NCBI GenBank assembly: GCA_965208675.1
Contig: OZ242351.1
Span: forward strand, 416,001 to 480,000
DNA: 64,000 nucleotides
DNA from: Candidatus Poribacteria bacterium
GTDB taxonomy: Bacteria; Poribacteria; WGA-4E; PCPOR2b
Reading direction: 5' to 3'
Under the pieces are notes generated by a model. That model saw only the letters and a program-made list of their open reading frames with translations, ran no database searches and was not told the origin of the DNA. Shown piece after piece: positions 61,590 through 64,000 of this stretch. The position numbers and the translations under genes were made by a program. Position 1 is the first letter of the stretch, and every line of letters starts with the position of its first letter.

Positions 61590-61857
61590 AGCGGGCGAAG
61601 GGATATTTGAAAATCTCAATGTCGAAATCCGCCGCTAGGAGGTTCTAATTTAGGGCGCGATGTCGCGCGCCAGAATTCAGAGTTATCGCCGCATACGCGC
61701 CCCGAATTGTCCATTAGCTCTGACTCTCAAGTGTTCGTTGTTTTGAATGGGACTGCTATCCGGTTCGGAACAGCGGACACGTATTTTAAAATGGAAAGAC
61801 TATCGGTATATGAGGCGGTGCGGCGATTGAAATTCAATACAGCGAATTAGAAAAACA

Positions 61858-62643
61858 ATGCTCTCGGAACAGCAAATAACCGACTTCCACACCTTCGGGT
61901 TTTTAATCATCCGTCAGTTGTTTAGTCCAGATGAGCTTCAGACCATTAACGCTGAGTTCGACTTTGCGATGGACACTTCCTACCGCCATGCGCCTTTTGA
62001 CGGTACGCGCCGTCATTGGGTTACTATGGTGGGACCGCGGACTCCGTTCTTTGCCTCATTGCTTGAAGACCCTCGATTTTGCACTGTGGCAGAGCAGCTA
62101 TACGGCGAAGACGTTATCGGCGCAGTTAGCGATGCGAACCGTTACGTTAGGGAATCAAATTGGCACCGAGATACGGGGAACAGGCATCAGTACGGCGTGA
62201 AATTTGCGTATTACCTGCAACCGGTGGGAGCGGAAACCGGCGCGCTGCGCGTCGTTCCGGGGTCGCATAAGCATCCGATTAGTGACGACCTGGCGCACTA
62301 TTTTAGCCAATCCGAGCTAGGCATCCAAGACGTTCCCGCCTACGTATGCGAATCGGAACCGGGCGACGTAGTTGCATTTGACCTCCGCTGTTATCATGCG
62401 AGTTGGGGTGGTTCTAAGGACCGCCGGATGTGCACGGTGGTTTATTACAACAACCCAAAGTCTCCCGAAGAGGAGGAAGCAACCCGGGTGCAAGTGGGAG
62501 GCTTTGCCACATCCGGAACCCCGGCAAGTTTTAACCGCCCGGACGATCCATTTTACGATCCGCACTGGATTGCAAACAGTGAGCGCAGCGTGAAACGCCA
62601 ACGGTGGCTGGATCGCATGCGGGAGTTGGGATGCGCCATTTGA
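61858..62643 (+). CDS. PhyH family dioxygenase
   Basis: 'WHRD', 'GALRVVPGSH', 'PGDVVAFDLRCYHAS'. Confidence 0.9.
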   Translation: MLSEQQITDFHTFGFLIIRQLFSPDELQTINAEFDFAMDTSYRHAPFDGTRRHWVTMVGPRTPFFASLLEDPRFCTVAEQLYGEDVIGAVSDANRYVRESNWHRDTGNRHQYGVKFAYYLQPVGAETGALRVVPGSHKHPISDDLAHYFSQSELGIQDVPAYVCESEPGDVVAFDLRCYHASWGGSKDRRMCTVVYYNNPKSPEEEEATRVQVGGFATSGTPASFNRPDDPFYDPHWIANSERSVKRQRWLDRMRELGCAI

Positions 62644-62715
62644 AAGATATTCCATTTATTTGTGCGGAAATTCTTGCCGAAGTCCTCGTTCATTACGTCC
62701 AACCGGAAAAACTGC

Positions 62716-63480
62716 TTACCCTGCGTCGTAACATGCCTCCTTCAGAAAAGTTAACATCTGCAACCGCTTTGGTGTTGCGTCCTCAAACAGCTCGCGGGTA
62801 TAGTAGGTCCAACCGTGCGATGCATCATGATGGTAGAGCCATTTAATATACTCCTCCTCTTCCCGGGTTTGCGGATTCTGGACATAGTTAATGTAAACGC
62901 CTTTTCGAGGCGTTTCGCTAAACGCGGCGTGATAGCACTTTACATTAAATACTACAGCGTCCCCTGGATCAGACTCAATTGGATAGGCGCCCGGCACATC
63001 TTTACCTAACGGCAGGACAGACTCGCCATACTTCTGCATCCGTTCTCGATACGGCAAAAATTGGCTGCCCGGAAGTACGCATAGACAACCGGTATTCGCC
63101 CGAACGGGATTGAGAAAAAACACCACTTTGAGATGAGTCTGCCCCTCCGGCGCCACGGAGTCGTGGTGCCAACGCGTCCCGCCAAAGTGATGAATCCCCA
63201 CTGAGACAGTAAAAACGAAGTCTTTCCCTAGCAGGTCTTCCACAACTTCGTGGATGTTGTCATGATCGAGGAGTCGATGGTACACCGCTGGGTTGTGACG
63301 GTAGAACGGTACGACCTGCTGTCGCCGCGGCGCATGCTGCCAGGGCACGCCTCCGTTTGCCGCCGTCATCGTTTCATCGAACGCATCAATGAAAGTGTTC
63401 ATTTCATCGGGCGGGATGAGGTTTTTCAAACGGAGAAATCCGAGGGTTTCAAATTGATGTTTTTGTGCATCGGTAAGCAT
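62716..63480 (-). CDS. PhyH family dioxygenase
   Basis: 'WHHD', 'GCLCVLPGS', 'PGDAVVFNVKCYHAA'. Confidence 0.9.
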   Translation of the reverse strand: MLTDAQKHQFETLGFLRLKNLIPPDEMNTFIDAFDETMTAANGGVPWQHAPRRQQVVPFYRHNPAVYHRLLDHDNIHEVVEDLLGKDFVFTVSVGIHHFGGTRWHHDSVAPEGQTHLKVVFFLNPVRANTGCLCVLPGSQFLPYRERMQKYGESVLPLGKDVPGAYPIESDPGDAVVFNVKCYHAAFSETPRKGVYINYVQNPQTREEEEYIKWLYHHDASHGWTYYTRELFEDATPKRLQMLTFLKEACYDAG

Positions 63481-63552
63481 GTTGTACCTCCCGTGGAAGC
63501 GATGTGGAAATCTTATGTCGAGCTAACAACCTGTTCGCCGTTGTGCCGCTAA

Positions 63553-64000
63553 TCATACATCGATACGATAAAGCGGCGTGAGTCCTTGCGCGAGGCGGTC
63601 GACATTTTCGGCCGCGCACGCTGCACGCTTCAGAGATGTTTGGTACGTGACCCCTGCGATATGCGGAGTCACAACGACGTTGGGGAGCTGGAACACGGGA
63701 AGATTCGGATCGGGCGGTTCTTGAGCGAATACATCAAGACCTGCACCGCCGAGTTTGCCATTGGAAAGCGCCTGATGCAGCGCGGACTCGTCCACTAGTG
63801 CGCCGCGGGCGACATTAATGAGACACGCCGTGGATTTCATCAGGGCGATGCGGCGGGCATCCATAATGCGGCGTGTTGCCGGGTTTAAGTGAAGATGCAG
63901 TGAGAGAAAATCGCTTTCGGATATCACATCGTCCAAATCAGCGGGAGTTCCCATCAAATTGGGTTTTATCTCCCGAAGAATTTCCGGCTCTATGGTTCGG
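63553..64000 (-). CDS. D-isomer-specific 2-hydroxyacid dehydrogenase, 5' part outside the window
   Basis: 'LINVARG.LVDE', 'GAGLDVF..EP', 'TPHIAG'; frame is open to the window edge. Confidence 0.9.
   Translation of the reverse strand, partial: RTIEPEILREIKPNLMGTPADLDDVISESDFLSLHLHLNPATRRIMDARRIALMKSTACLINVARGALVDESALHQALSNGKLGGAGLDVFAQEPPDPNLPVFQLPNVVVTPHIAGVTYQTSLKRAACAAENVDRLAQGLTPLYRIDV

Noticed and set aside
62630-62720. Possible CxxU read-through at the end of PhyH 61858 (GCAI-TGA)
   Set aside because: The stop matches the C-terminal region of the paralogues, and the extension would run into the convergent gene.
1-64000. Genome-wide reassignment of TGA (genetic code 4 or 25)
   Set aside because: purL, ugd, ubiA and the VOC gene end with TGA at their expected C-termini and Trp is encoded by TGG, so any read-through must be site-specific.

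Overview
Bacterial genomic DNA, translation table 11. Gene content suggests Candidatus Poribacteria or a related sponge symbiont (inference): five PhyH dioxygenases, a LamG protein with a C-terminal 'AVSP..K.ATTWA.LK' tail, 'YPNP' T9SS-like C-terminal domains, DUF6785-type membrane proteins, and HEAT and YCF48 repeat proteins. Most of the window is housekeeping, envelope and catabolic genes (purL, ugd, gmd, ubiX/ubiA-like, ABC components, S8 protease, PorV-like). Three things stand out. (1) Two genes appear to be interrupted by in-frame TGA codons at cysteine-type positions. One is a secreted rhodanese with a U-x-U motif (two TGA codons separated by one codon, followed by a SECIS-like hairpin); the other is a secreted protein with a C-x-x-U-x-C tail. 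Both are candidate selenoproteins that the ORF track truncates. (2) A 10.7-kb element without a transposase (44956-55628) is bounded by 79-bp inverted repeats, with a TA duplication at a reconstructable CTAG target (IS630-like ends). It carries only defence-type genes: a frameshifted type IIG-like methyltransferase, an Avs-like nuclease-STAND ATPase in its own inverted-repeat sub-cassette, a Schlafen/AlbA_2 protein and an HNH nuclease. It sits in a dense cluster of REP/MITE-like repeats. (3) Two classes of candidate C-terminal sorting signal occur together with a PorV-like gene. I recognised no rRNA, tRNA or CRISPR array.
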